Below the pieces are notes generated by a model. The model worked only from the letters and a program-made list of their open reading frames with translations, was not told the DNA's origin and searched no databases. Shown in pieces: positions 24,486 to 33,921 of a stretch of 64,000 nt of DNA. The stretch comes from a virus (lineage: Duplodnaviria > Caudoviricetes), in the IMG/VR virus record IMGVR_UViG_3300025018_000137, positions 1 to 64,000 of that record; one strand, given 5' to 3'. Both the position numbers and the translations under genes were made by a program. How positions within the stretch are numbered: position 1 is the stretch's first letter; each line of letters starts with the position of its first letter.

Positions 24486-27151
24486 GCGACCAGTGTAACC
24501 AAATGCTCCTCGATCTCAATCCTGCCGTAGTTCTCAGGTACGACCTGTTCCGGCAGCTCGATATCCATATCCTCGATCGTGCTGAAGTCGAAGTCTTCGT
24601 CCAGATCAAGCCCAGACATTTCGTACTGCTTGCCCGCGTGAGTGCCGAACGACACGTCGGCGACAATGGGGATCGACATCTTGTAGCCCCACAAACCTTC
24701 GATGTCCACGCCCTCCATGTACTCCTTCAGAACCTTCGCGCCCCACTCGACGTGCTCAAGCCGAACGAGGGCGAGCAAGGCGTCATGCACGAACCCGTTG
24801 GGAGTCAACAGTTCCGGGTCGATCTCTTGGTCGATCTCGGCATTCGCCCTCACCCCTAGAGTGGATGCGAACTCCTGCACCGGGCTGTTGATCGCCTGAC
24901 GTTCTGCTTCTTGGCGGATGTACTCTTCGACAGAGCGGATGGCCGGGAGATGACGAACTCGACCCGAGAACGATCGCACGTAGCCGTACTCCCGCGCGAA
25001 CTCCCGAACGGCTTGGTGCCATGCGGTAAGCCCAGAGTAGGTCTGGAAGAATTGCTTGCGGATGCGCTTGGCGTCGTTCTCGGAAAACTCCACCCCGTAC
25101 TGCGTCTTCGCGTACACGATGAACTTGCGCCAGCCCATGCCGTAGATGAATCCGAAGTTCACGGCCTTGGCCTTGAATCGCAGCAAGTCCCGTTCGTCCG
25201 CTTCGAGACTCTGATACTCCGCCTCGGATATGCCAGCGACGATGAGCGCGGTGCGTCTGTGGATGTCTCCCCCGGTTTGGTAGATTTCCAACATCGTTGG
25301 TTCTTGCGCCATCTCAGCGACGATGCGAAGCTCGGCCTGCGACAAGTCACACTGGAGCAAAGCGTAGCCGGGAGGTGCCTTGAAGATTCCTCGGTACAGC
25401 TTGGCAAAGCGTCCCCGCTTCGGGAAGTTCTGGCCGTTGGGATCGCGTGAGGCGCTTCGCCCGGTCACCGCTACGTGGAGCTGGTAGATCGGGTGAATGC
25501 TCCCCTCGTAGATGTAATGCTCACGGAACTTCTTGATGTTGGTTTCGAGCAGACGGTTCATCTTCATCCACTCGGCCAATACCTCGGTGTACGGGCACTC
25601 GTCGAAGAAGAACGGCAGGTGGTCCTTTGAGCTGGTGGTGGGGACACGTAGATGTTCGGGGAGCTTGGAGGTTCCCTTCGTGAACATCTTGGGCTCCAAA
25701 CAGAATCCGTCTGGGTGGTCGAACAGGATATCCCGTATCAGTTCCGGTCTCGTGAGGCTGATCTTCTTGCCCGCCCGGAAATGATCTCGGACCACCTTGC
25801 GAGGCATGTCGCGAACCAGCGTCGCGTGCAGATCGTCAACGTGGGCCTGAAGGTTTTCCTGCAGCGAGTCTAGGGCATTCTCGTCCACGTCGAGCCCTTG
25901 AAGCTCCATCGGCATGAACGAATTCAGGCCCGGCATTGACACCGTGTAGTAGTTGTTTTCCTGCGCCGGGTCGTCAGCCATGATCCCAAGAATCACGTTA
26001 CGAAGACGCAGGGCGGCATCAACGTCCCCGCACCCGTACGACACGATATCGTCGAGAGGGACTTCCGCCATCTTCGATTTGTCGTAGTGGGAATCAAACC
26101 AGTCCGAATACCCGCCCATCTCCGGGACATACATCTTGACCACGGTGGCCAAGTCTTTCGACCGGAGGTTTTCGTCGATGCTTGCCAGCATGACCAGCGT
26201 GTCTTCCATGATCCGTACGCGCAGGCCGAGGCGGGTCCATATCCACATCGCATCAAACTTGACGTTGTGTCCTGTGACCGACACTTCCGGCCGGCAAAGA
26301 AGCTCCTTGAGCTGCCGCCTCAGTTTGTTCTTGAGCCGCTTCGGGGCTGGGTCGTCTGGATGATCCCAAGATATCAGGTACCCGGTACCTTCCTCGGTGG
26401 ATACCTGTATGGTCAGCAAACGCTTGTCTCTTTCGATCCAGCGAAGGCCCTCGGTCTCTACGTCCAAAGATACTACTTCCGGGTTTTGGTCGATGAGGAA
26501 CTGTAGGTCTTTCACCCGTTCGTAGTGCCCGGACGCGTTGTCGCTCGCCAGCTTCTGGTCGAAGCCGTTGTTCATGAGGCGGGAGAGAATCTTGCAGTCG
26601 GCGTCGAAGATGCCTTCGTTCTGCGGGTACAGTGCCACGAACAGCGGATCGATCATCGGGAACACATGGGCGTTGTAATCGGTTACAAACTTGGCGATGC
26701 CCCGGGCCTTCATGATCTGCACGCCCCGCCCCATCAGGATGCTGGCCGTCTCCGCCCCCAAAGGGATGATGACTTCAGGCTTGACCTGGTCGATGACTCG
26801 AAGCATGTACTCGCGACAGCTTGCGGCGATCTCCTTCTTGATGACCGCCTCAGTCTCGTCCCGAACGAAGTGGCAGCGTATGACGTTGTGGAATGCAACG
26901 TCGGACTTGTCCAATCCGTTCTTGGACATGAAGTGTGAGAGCACACGCATCCCGTTCTTGCTGAGATGCTGTCGCTGCCTAGCCGCCCCCTCGTTTTCTG
27001 GCTCCTTGTACAGCACGAGAATCCTAGCCCCGCGAGTCAGCGTGGGCTTGATCTTCTCGCATCCTTCGAGCGGGCATGTCCGGCACGGATGCGGTACCCG
27101 CAGAAGGTTCTTCTTGATCGATATCTCACGGGCAAGTGCAACTTCGCTCAT
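24482..27151 (-). CDS. polA: Family A DNA polymerase with N-terminal UDG-like domain and 3'-5' exonuclease
   Basis: Likely start ATG 27151 (ATGA overlap). Exo SLDVET, HNVKFD, YGCGD; Pol A CDLSQAELR, B KAKAVNFGFIYG (Phe at the Pol I 762 position), C VHD. Confidence 0.95.
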   Translation of the reverse strand: MSEVALAREISIKKNLLRVPHPCRTCPLEGCEKIKPTLTRGARILVLYKEPENEGAARQRQHLSKNGMRVLSHFMSKNGLDKSDVAFHNVIRCHFVRDETEAVIKKEIAASCREYMLRVIDQVKPEVIIPLGAETASILMGRGVQIMKARGIAKFVTDYNAHVFPMIDPLFVALYPQNEGIFDADCKILSRLMNNGFDQKLASDNASGHYERVKDLQFLIDQNPEVVSLDVETEGLRWIERDKRLLTIQVSTEEGTGYLISWDHPDDPAPKRLKNKLRRQLKELLCRPEVSVTGHNVKFDAMWIWTRLGLRVRIMEDTLVMLASIDENLRSKDLATVVKMYVPEMGGYSDWFDSHYDKSKMAEVPLDDIVSYGCGDVDAALRLRNVILGIMADDPAQENNYYTVSMPGLNSFMPMELQGLDVDENALDSLQENLQAHVDDLHATLVRDMPRKVVRDHFRAGKKISLTRPELIRDILFDHPDGFCLEPKMFTKGTSKLPEHLRVPTTSSKDHLPFFFDECPYTEVLAEWMKMNRLLETNIKKFREHYIYEGSIHPIYQLHVAVTGRSASRDPNGQNFPKRGRFAKLYRGIFKAPPGYALLQCDLSQAELRIVAEMAQEPTMLEIYQTGGDIHRRTALIVAGISEAEYQSLEADERDLLRFKAKAVNFGFIYGMGWRKFIVYAKTQYGVEFSENDAKRIRKQFFQTYSGLTAWHQAVREFAREYGYVRSFSGRVRHLPAIRSVEEYIRQEAERQAINSPVQEFASTLGVRANAEIDQEIDPELLTPNGFVHDALLALVRLEHVEWGAKVLKEYMEGVDIEGLWGYKMSIPIVADVSFGTHAGKQYEMSGLDLDEDFDFSTIEDMDIELPEQVVPENYGRIEIEEHLVTLVA

Positions 27152-28437
27152 CGGGTTGGCATCCAATCAAGTGTTCTGGCCGGGGTATGCGTTCCGCCTT
27201 CCGCTTCGTCAGGCTCGCTAACATCCAGATCGATCTGGGGTAGCTGGACGTATGGCTCGAAAGAGAACCGGATCGGGAAATCCACCGGGTCGCCTTCTCG
27301 GGCTGCGAGCTGTCGGATCACTCGTACCCTCGGGTCTTGGATTCGAGCGGGCGCTTTCGAGATACCAAGGATTACCGAGCAGTGCGTGGAGAAGGCGTCC
27401 GAGTACCCGATCGTCTCTAGGTTACCACCGCCACGTACCTTCGTGCTTTCCCTGTTCAACTGGCTGGTGCCTATGATCGGCAAGCGATGGTCGAAGGACG
27501 ATCTCTTCAGATCAGTCAAGATCGCGGTAACCTTGTCTCCGGTGGATGAGTTCTTGGCTGCCGTGGGGCTCCGCATCAAGTACAGCCCGTCAACGAACAC
27601 GATGTCTGGCTGGATGTCGGATATCACCCCATCCAGCTCGTTCGTGCCCTGCGCCATGTTGCTGCCGTACACATGGAAAGACTGGAGACCAGCGTAGTAC
27701 GCCATAGTCTCTTCCAGACGGCGCTCACCATCCCTGCCAAGTCTGCCTTTTCGGACGTTCTCAGCGTTGAGCCGGGCTTTCATCGCGAAGAGGCGCATAC
27801 CGATGGCCTCGGCGGACATCTCCATGCTGGACAGTAATACCGAGAATCCTGCGTCTACAGCGTGCATAACCGACCATAGGAGAAGCCACGTCTTGCCTTG
27901 CTTCGGCCGTCCTACGATGGCGTTCAGATCGGTAGGTAGCCACCCGCCCGATTGCTCGTCCAATGCTTCCCATCCGGTCGGCACCCCGATCAAGCCCACC
28001 GCATGGTGACGCTCGCGATACAGCTCCATGACGCGCTCGCCCAAGGCGGTCGAGTCCAAGAGCGTATCGTCAGTGCGGTTGGCGCGTATCGATCCTGCCA
28101 GAGCGTTGACTGCCTCGAACGCGGCCGGCATATCGCTGGACGACAGGGCATCGCGCAGTTCATTGAACGGGTCCACAAGCGCGTTGTACGTTCTGCGCTC
28201 CCGAACCTTCTCCAGATAGTATTCGAGACTGTCTTCCGCCCGAAAGAATTCTACCCCGCAATCTTCCTCGATAGCGTCAACCGTGGGCAACTCGCCAAAC
28301 CTGCGGCGGTGGTTCCGCACGTAGTTGTACGCGCGCACTTCCTCGTCGCCCATGAAGTCTTCTTGCGACACAGATCGCAAAGCGCCCGGCTGCTGACGCT
28401 CGCATATGACGTACAGCAAATCCATACCGTGGCTCAT
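27148..28437 (-). CDS. dnaB: DnaB-like replicative helicase
   Basis: GRPKQGKT, SMEM, VFVDGLYLM, SQLNR, IGYSDA. Start 28437. Confidence 0.92.
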   Translation of the reverse strand: MSHGMDLLYVICERQQPGALRSVSQEDFMGDEEVRAYNYVRNHRRRFGELPTVDAIEEDCGVEFFRAEDSLEYYLEKVRERRTYNALVDPFNELRDALSSSDMPAAFEAVNALAGSIRANRTDDTLLDSTALGERVMELYRERHHAVGLIGVPTGWEALDEQSGGWLPTDLNAIVGRPKQGKTWLLLWSVMHAVDAGFSVLLSSMEMSAEAIGMRLFAMKARLNAENVRKGRLGRDGERRLEETMAYYAGLQSFHVYGSNMAQGTNELDGVISDIQPDIVFVDGLYLMRSPTAAKNSSTGDKVTAILTDLKRSSFDHRLPIIGTSQLNRESTKVRGGGNLETIGYSDAFSTHCSVILGISKAPARIQDPRVRVIRQLAAREGDPVDFPIRFSFEPYVQLPQIDLDVSEPDEAEGGTHTPARTLDWMPTR

Positions 28438-29021
28438 GTCCGCTCCCACAGACGATAGGTGCCCATCGGGTACAGGACTTCCTCGTTGTTTGTGAAATCG
28501 TCTGCACTAACTCGATAGGTCCAATCCAGAATGGAATGGCTAAGAGAGTTGATGACCGGACCTAACGATGACCAGTGGATCACCCCGCCCCCGTCTTGGA
28601 ACAGGTGTATGAAATCTCTGAGGCGAGAAGTATCACGGGTAGAGTAGGGCCACGCGTCTTCCGTAACTCCGAAGTCTCCCCCGACGATAGAGAGGTGCCC
28701 GTATTCCATGAGCCAGCAATCCAGCAACTTCGTGCCTGCGTGTTCGGATACGGTATCCATCAGCGTAGAGAAGTTGAGCAGCCGGACTTGGCATCCCCGA
28801 AGTACCAGCTCCTTTGTCAATATGTGCATGAAGCATCGCGCATTACCGGGCGGCAAAGTAGTCCAGTCTCCCGCGTCCAGATGGATGCCTTTCTGGTGCC
28901 TTGCCCATCCTGCCGTGGCCACGTAGTCGCGGACTTTGTGGCACCCGATAGTGAGCATGCTAAGGCCCCACGATCCTCTGGCTACTCCGGCGGCTTCGAG
29001 CTGGTTCTCAATCTCAGTCAT
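28434..29021 (-). CDS. Degenerate DnaC/IstB-like protein (putative helicase loader lacking Walker A)
   Basis: Start revised to MTEIEN (29021). Position upstream of dnaB; KGIHL..HILTKELVLRGCQVRLLNFSTLMD resembles the DnaC fold, but no GxxGxGK[ST]. Confidence 0.45.
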   Translation of the reverse strand: MTEIENQLEAAGVARGSWGLSMLTIGCHKVRDYVATAGWARHQKGIHLDAGDWTTLPPGNARCFMHILTKELVLRGCQVRLLNFSTLMDTVSEHAGTKLLDCWLMEYGHLSIVGGDFGVTEDAWPYSTRDTSRLRDFIHLFQDGGGVIHWSSLGPVINSLSHSILDWTYRVSADDFTNNEEVLYPMGTYRLWERT

Positions 29022-29682
29022 GGCGCTTCTCCAGTTTCCCGGAGAGTGCACCGACTGTCTTCGGCCTGCGCTTGACCTTCTGTACCAGCGCCCGGCGTAG
29101 CTCTGCGTTCTCGGCCGCAAGGGACGCTGTACGGGCCTCTAGGCGGTCGTAATCGGCCGTACTGGCGTGAGGGGCGGTAGGGGTAGCGGGTGCGGTACTG
29201 CGGCCGTCCGGGAGGCTCCTGCGCGCATTGGCGGCGCTAGTCTGGTTTAGGCCCCGCTTGAGGTAGCGGGTCCATAGGGCCACGAATCCGAATGAGGGCT
29301 CGGAGGGCATCGTATCCATCCACGCAAGTTCGCCCTGACGAATGTCCTGCCACCTCTCGACTACTTCAGCGAAGAAGGCAGGGATGTCGTAGATCATGGC
29401 CAGTTTGAGATTTCTACGAAATGCACCGATCTCCTTAGCGGTAGGCTGAACTTCGTTGGGTACGTGAACTCTCCACGCCGCGATGATGTCTTGGGTCTTC
29501 AGGGTAGAGTTGGCCCGCCCAGCCCGCTCCAAATTCTTCTTCCGACTCTGGGTAGATACCTGAGCCAGTCGTTCTTCGATGCTACCGTGGTACTTCGCCA
29601 CCCCCGTGCTCCTCAGTTGCTTTGTAGCCCAAGTTAGCCAGTTGTCATCGTCGCCACGGCGACAAGACTTCTGTGTATTCAT
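29014..29682 (-). CDS. Hypothetical protein, possibly the C-terminal half of a replication initiator
   Basis: Begins directly after the iteron-like repeats. The frame is open back to 29754 (..GHHNTQKRIHRMNTQK). Confidence 0.6.
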   Translation of the reverse strand: MNTQKSCRRGDDDNWLTWATKQLRSTGVAKYHGSIEERLAQVSTQSRKKNLERAGRANSTLKTQDIIAAWRVHVPNEVQPTAKEIGAFRRNLKLAMIYDIPAFFAEVVERWQDIRQGELAWMDTMPSEPSFGFVALWTRYLKRGLNQTSAANARRSLPDGRSTAPATPTAPHASTADYDRLEARTASLAAENAELRRALVQKVKRRPKTVGALSGKLEKRHD

Positions 29683-29712
29683 TCTGTGTATTCTCTTCTG
29701 AGTATTATGGTG

Positions 29713-29777
29713 TCCACCTGCTGGATAGCCCCCTATCCACCTGCTGGATAGCCCCTATCCACCTGCTGGATAGCCTA
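29713..29777. repeat. Three tandem iteron-like repeats (23, 22, 20 bp), candidate replication origin
   Basis: TCCACCTGCTGGATAG-C(5/4/2)-TA x3, followed by an AT-rich duplicated GAATACACAGAA (minus strand, about 29670-29695). Confidence 0.75.
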
Positions 29778-30155
29778 GACCGATTTCAAGGCCCTTTCTC
29801 GGATCAAAGGAGCCAGAATTCTCTCTACATGGACACAATATCTGTTACCTCGTGACGTGCCTTTTCCCTTCATGGTGCCCACCAATCCCCTCTCTTCTAC
29901 GTCCGATAGACAGGCCCATAGGGTGCTCTTGCTGACGGGTAGTCCAGAGTGCAGGGCCTCCCCGGTCCTAACATCTGTAACCCCGAAAATGAAATGACGC
30001 TGCGGAATGTACTCCCATTCCTTCCCCCATCGTAGAGTGCGTTCTGTTATGAATAGCAGGACCAGCCCGGAGTTGATCCCTACTTCCACGAGCCATCGGT
30101 TCAGTATCTGTTGGTACACCGGGACGTACAAAGACATCAGTTTGTCGTTGACCAT
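29775..30155 (-). CDS. Lambda O-like replication initiator N-terminal (winged-helix) domain
   Basis: LVLLFITERTLRWGKEWEYIPQRHF..G..SKSTLWACLSDVEERGLV. Start uncertain (30155, 30221 or 30320). Confidence 0.6.
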   Translation of the reverse strand: MVNDKLMSLYVPVYQQILNRWLVEVGINSGLVLLFITERTLRWGKEWEYIPQRHFIFGVTDVRTGEALHSGLPVSKSTLWACLSDVEERGLVGTMKGKGTSRGNRYCVHVERILAPLIRERALKSV

Positions 30156-30179
30156 CTTTACCACTAGCGTTGTGGGCGA

Positions 30180-30205
30180 GAAAAAAGGGGACGTAAGTGC
30201 CCCCC
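30180..30205 (-). terminator. Weak terminator-like hairpin plus T7
   Basis: Minus strand GGGGGC-acttac-GTCCCC-TTTTTTT, after the Ycf46-module genes. Confidence 0.45.
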
Positions 30206-30220
30206 TAAGTGCGCCGACCA

Positions 30221-30550
30221 TCAGTGGCGCGCGAGTACCGTAGCCCGCGCGTGTGCGGCAAGGCTGATCCCTACCGTACCGTGCGGATCGCATTGCGCTC
30301 GCGTGCATGCTTGGAGCCATTCAATCTCGAACTCACGGGCAATCTCGTAGCCCGGGAAGTCCGACGCGACGCGGATCGCCTTCTCCTGTCCGACGGGCAG
30401 TACAAAGAAAGTCTGCCTATCCTCGTCGAATTCGATGGTACTCGCTCGCTCCAATTTCACCTTTCCGATCGCCGTCAACGGGAATTCGTCCATGTGCAGG
30501 GCGCTCATTGCCCCGGCGTTGTCGACGGCGATTACGATCTCTTTCTTCAT
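30221..30550 (-). CDS. Hypothetical protein (109 aa), last gene of the DUF1257/DUF2997 operon
   Basis: Start revised to MKKEIV (30550), GGGAG SD. Confidence 0.65.
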   Translation of the reverse strand: MKKEIVIAVDNAGAMSALHMDEFPLTAIGKVKLERASTIEFDEDRQTFFVLPVGQEKAIRVASDFPGYEIAREFEIEWLQACTRAQCDPHGTVGISLAAHARATVLARH

Positions 30551-30585
30551 CAGTTGACTCCCTTCTGTGCTGAGCGTGGACTTCC

Positions 30586-30798
30586 TCAGAAGTCCTGTTT
30601 GACCGTGGTTCCGATCACCGCGCCGGCCGGAGGCGCATAGTATTCGGGCTTGAGGTCTCGGCTGTCGACACCGCCGAGTGCGATCTCGATCGGGGCCGAC
30701 GCCTCGACGCATGAGGTGCCTTCGCAGTTGACGGCTTCGTTGATGACGACGCCTGCCGGGCTGAAGCGTACCTTGAGGTGCGGACGATTCGGGTCCAT
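30586..30798 (-). CDS. DUF2997-family protein
   Basis: Start 30798 (AGGAG SD). LKVRFSPAGVVINEAVNCEGTSCVEASAPIEIALG..LKPEYY. Confidence 0.75.
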   Translation of the reverse strand: MDPNRPHLKVRFSPAGVVINEAVNCEGTSCVEASAPIEIALGGVDSRDLKPEYYAPPAGAVIGTTVKQDF

Positions 30799-30812
30799 GT
30801 TGTCAGTCTCCT

Positions 30813-30828
30813 GTGTAATCGTTTTCAC
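30813..30828. promoter_or_regulatory. Palindromic motif copy GTGTAATCGTTTTCAC
   Basis: Exact core, abutting the DUF2997 SD. Confidence 0.75.
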
Positions 30829-30872
30829 GCGAACCAAGGCGGGGCGAACCCCGCCGATCCGAGGGTTGCGGC

Positions 30873-31334
30873 TTACGCCGCGATCTGGACGAGCAGTTGC
30901 ATCTCGCCATCCGGCATGACATGACGTTCCATGTCGACGTAGCCCGCGTTCATCGCGGCCTTCTCGGCGCAGATGATCTGGTAGCGCTGGAGCAACTTGC
31001 CAACTGCCAACGTCTCGCGACTTACCTCCTTGTCCATCTCATTTCCGGCTGCGCCGCCCAACTGGCGCTGGACGCTGCCGCCGTAGAAGTCGGTCCGCAG
31101 TTCGCGGGTGCCGTCTTCCATGTCGTAGACCCCGATGTCGTACTGCGCGTTCGGGAGGTGGATCACGGTATGGGTGGATTCCATGCCCGTCTGGCGAGTC
31201 CCGAAGTACGAGCGCGGGGCGCAATTGTGTTTGAGTGAGATGGCGATCCCTTCTGCGGCCAGCTCGGCGACCGCTGCTGCGAGCGCGTCGAGGTCGGTGA
31301 GGGCTGCGGTGGTCACACGGGATGTGTGGCTCAT
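30873..31334 (-). CDS. DUF1257 / Ycf35-family protein
   Basis: MSHTSRV....DLDAL..A...YDIG...DGT.EL..DFY...LLQRY...A...GY...DG...L.V. Confidence 0.75.
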   Translation of the reverse strand: MSHTSRVTTAALTDLDALAAAVAELAAEGIAISLKHNCAPRSYFGTRQTGMESTHTVIHLPNAQYDIGVYDMEDGTRELRTDFYGGSVQRQLGGAAGNEMDKEVSRETLAVGKLLQRYQIICAEKAAMNAGYVDMERHVMPDGEMQLLVQIAA

Positions 31335-31386
31335 GTTCGTTCTCCTTCTGTCTGTGGTCGGTCGGTAACTCTATCCAAGCTCCGCC

Positions 31387-31415
31387 ATTGTCTCTTGTAT
31401 AGGAACTTTAGTCAA
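31387..31415 (-). promoter_or_regulatory. Sigma70 promoter TTGACT-17-GACAAT
   Basis: ttgactaaagttcctatacaagagacaat, upstream of DUF1257. Confidence 0.7.
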
Positions 31416-32087
31416 CTAGGTTTTTTTGCGCCTCACGACGGTTATTTTCCGGGTGCTACGACGCTTGGGGGCGAGCACCCCCATAGCCCCGCCAGTGCCT
31501 GCCCGTACCTCGAAGTCCACCGTGGACTTGCGTAATACAGCGACTTCTACGCATCTGTAGTTGTCTTCGCACTCCATCGTGTCCGGGTTGACCCGCCCCA
31601 TCGCAGGAGAGATGGCAGAGAGCATTTCATGCGTCAACACAATCCCCCTGCCTTGGAACATGACGACCGACGACACGTCGGATACCGCGCTGTGTACGGG
31701 CCGATACCGCACATCGATCATCGCCGCCCCTGAATTCAGGAGAATCGCTACCGCCCCGGTCTCCTGTCTCCCCCCGGTACCAAGTACCTTGGCGTAAGTC
31801 GACCACAGAAGCGTAGGCCCTGTGTCGACCGGGCGACGGTAGAACGTCGCGGACCACTTGCCGAAGTGGTGGAGGTTTCGATGGGCGTTCCAGTGCAAGT
31901 AGCGGATCGGCGTGAGCAGGATCTCCTTCGGCATCGCCATCACTGGACGACCCGATTTGGTCACCCGGTTGAAGTCCGCCACCATAGAGTTAAGCCGGTC
32001 AGAGGACAAAGGGAACGAGGCGTTCCCGTGACCAATACACAGCGAACCCTCCTTGTCGTAGTCGGCCATCGGGATAGTAGATGCCAC
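31416..32087 (-). CDS. Hypothetical protein (223 aa)
   Basis: GTG start 2 bp after the AAA ATPase stop, GAGG SD. Confidence 0.6.
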   Translation of the reverse strand: MASTIPMADYDKEGSLCIGHGNASFPLSSDRLNSMVADFNRVTKSGRPVMAMPKEILLTPIRYLHWNAHRNLHHFGKWSATFYRRPVDTGPTLLWSTYAKVLGTGGRQETGAVAILLNSGAAMIDVRYRPVHSAVSDVSSVVMFQGRGIVLTHEMLSAISPAMGRVNPDTMECEDNYRCVEVAVLRKSTVDFEVRAGTGGAMGVLAPKRRSTRKITVVRRKKT

Positions 32088-32088
32088 C

Positions 32089-33888
32089 TCAATCTTCCTC
32101 TTTCTTCGGCGAGCGCCGCGAGGCGAGACTGGTCACCTTGCCTTGCGTCGTGTTGATCTTGCGCCGCGTGCGCTTGGCTCCGGTCGGCTGCGCCCCGGGC
32201 TCCCCGCGCCGCGTACGCCCATGCTGCCGGTTCTCCTCTTCAGTGAACGAAGCCGCCGTGGCGTTGTCCTTCGCCCAGACCATCATCGACTCCATCTGCT
32301 CGCGGTGCGACTGCGAGAGCGGAACCATGCCCCGGGCGCACTTGTCGAGGTGTACGGCAGAGAGTGACCGCTCCGGCTCCGAGTAGGCCAAGATCAGCGC
32401 GTCCTTGACGATAGCTTCGATCTCTGCCGGTACGTAGCCCTCGGTGATGTTGACGAGGCCGTACACGTCGTTGGGGTCGAGGTTGTCCAACGAGTGGCCC
32501 CGACGGTTCAAATGAATCTCGAACACTTCTTCCCGCTCGATCGCGGTGGGCAAGGTGGTCGAGAAGATGGCATCAAACCGGCCCCGACGCAACAGCTCTG
32601 GCGGAAGGCCATTGACGTTGTTCGCCGTGACGACGTTGAACACGGGAAGGGCGCATTCCTGCAGCCATGTGAGGTACATGCCGAGAATCCGCATCGAGAC
32701 GCCGGAGTCGCCGCCGCCGCCGATCCCGCCCAACCCCTTGTCGATCTCGTCCGCGAAGCATACGCACGGAGCCATCGCCTCGATCATCTTGAGGGCGCTG
32801 CGCATCCGCGACTCTGACGACCCGAGCAGGGCATTGAACATCTTGCCGAAGTCCATCCGCACGAGCGGGATGCCGAATGTGCTCGCAACCGCCTTGGCGA
32901 TAAGCGACTTGCCGGTACCGGGGACGCCGACCAACACGAGACCCTTTGGGGCCTCGATGCCGAATTCTTGGGCTTCGGGCGAGTAGCAATCGGTCCGGAG
33001 CCGTACCCACTGCTTGAGGTGATCCATGCCCCCCACGGAGTCCATGTTGCCGGACTCCATCAATTCCAGAAGGTCGCTGGACTTGATGGCCTCGGCCTTG
33101 GCCGAACGGATGCCGGAGACCAACACCTCTTCGATGTCGGCGTTGGGGTTCTCGCCGGCCTCGGAATTGGCGAATTCCACGATGGTGCGCGCCAAGCCTT
33201 GATCGAAGCTGGAACGAGTCATGCCCGCCCCCGCAACGATGATACGGTCCAGCTCGCTCGAATCGGCGGGGAACACGAAGCGATCATCCTCGCTATCGTC
33301 GCCAAACGCATTCTCGACCATTTCGAGATACGCGGACTTCAGCTCGCTGTGCCCCGGCAGTTCGAGGGAGACGGGGTAGAAGTAGGGGGAGAACTCGGCG
33401 GACGGCAGGGGCTGGTCGTTGGTCGTGAATACAACCTTGATCGCCGATGCGTCCGAGTGCTGCGACAGCTCCATGACTGCCGCCAACAGGGGGGCGTTGT
33501 TGGGGATGTATAAGTGTGCGTTGACGAAGTTGTAGACACGGGTCCGTTCTCGCTCCTCGCTATCCTGCGGGCAATCCCGCAGCTCCATGAGCTTATCCCA
33601 GATGTGCTGCATCGCGGGGATGATTTGCTGCGTGTTCGGCACCGGCGCGGGCGTCGGCGTGAATGCGGTCATCGTAGTGTACTGGCGGAGTCCGCGCAGG
33701 ACGTTCCATTCGTAATACTCGGCTCCCGGGATTGCCATGACAACCGTTTGCAGATCGTTGCATGCCCGGACGACTTCGGTGGTACGGACGTGGATCAGGG
33801 GGGTTCCGGAGTTGATGGCGTTGGCCACATCCTCCTCGAACTTGTCGATGCTGCTGCGATCGACAATGATATTCTGAATGCCAGACAT
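32089..33888 (-). CDS. Ycf46-family AAA+ ATPase
   Basis: GVPGTGKSLIAKA, D.G.......GSSESRMR.AL...EAMAPCV.FADEIDKG, GDSGVS.RILG.YLTWLQE, TANN...LPPELLRRGRFD. Degenerate N-terminal AAA domain. Confidence 0.88.
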   Translation of the reverse strand: MSGIQNIIVDRSSIDKFEEDVANAINSGTPLIHVRTTEVVRACNDLQTVVMAIPGAEYYEWNVLRGLRQYTTMTAFTPTPAPVPNTQQIIPAMQHIWDKLMELRDCPQDSEERERTRVYNFVNAHLYIPNNAPLLAAVMELSQHSDASAIKVVFTTNDQPLPSAEFSPYFYPVSLELPGHSELKSAYLEMVENAFGDDSEDDRFVFPADSSELDRIIVAGAGMTRSSFDQGLARTIVEFANSEAGENPNADIEEVLVSGIRSAKAEAIKSSDLLELMESGNMDSVGGMDHLKQWVRLRTDCYSPEAQEFGIEAPKGLVLVGVPGTGKSLIAKAVASTFGIPLVRMDFGKMFNALLGSSESRMRSALKMIEAMAPCVCFADEIDKGLGGIGGGGDSGVSMRILGMYLTWLQECALPVFNVVTANNVNGLPPELLRRGRFDAIFSTTLPTAIEREEVFEIHLNRRGHSLDNLDPNDVYGLVNITEGYVPAEIEAIVKDALILAYSEPERSLSAVHLDKCARGMVPLSQSHREQMESMMVWAKDNATAASFTEEENRQHGRTRRGEPGAQPTGAKRTRRKINTTQGKVTSLASRRSPKKEED

Positions 33889-33921
33889 TTGTTCTGCTCC
33901 TTCTTGGTTGACGCGCCGACC

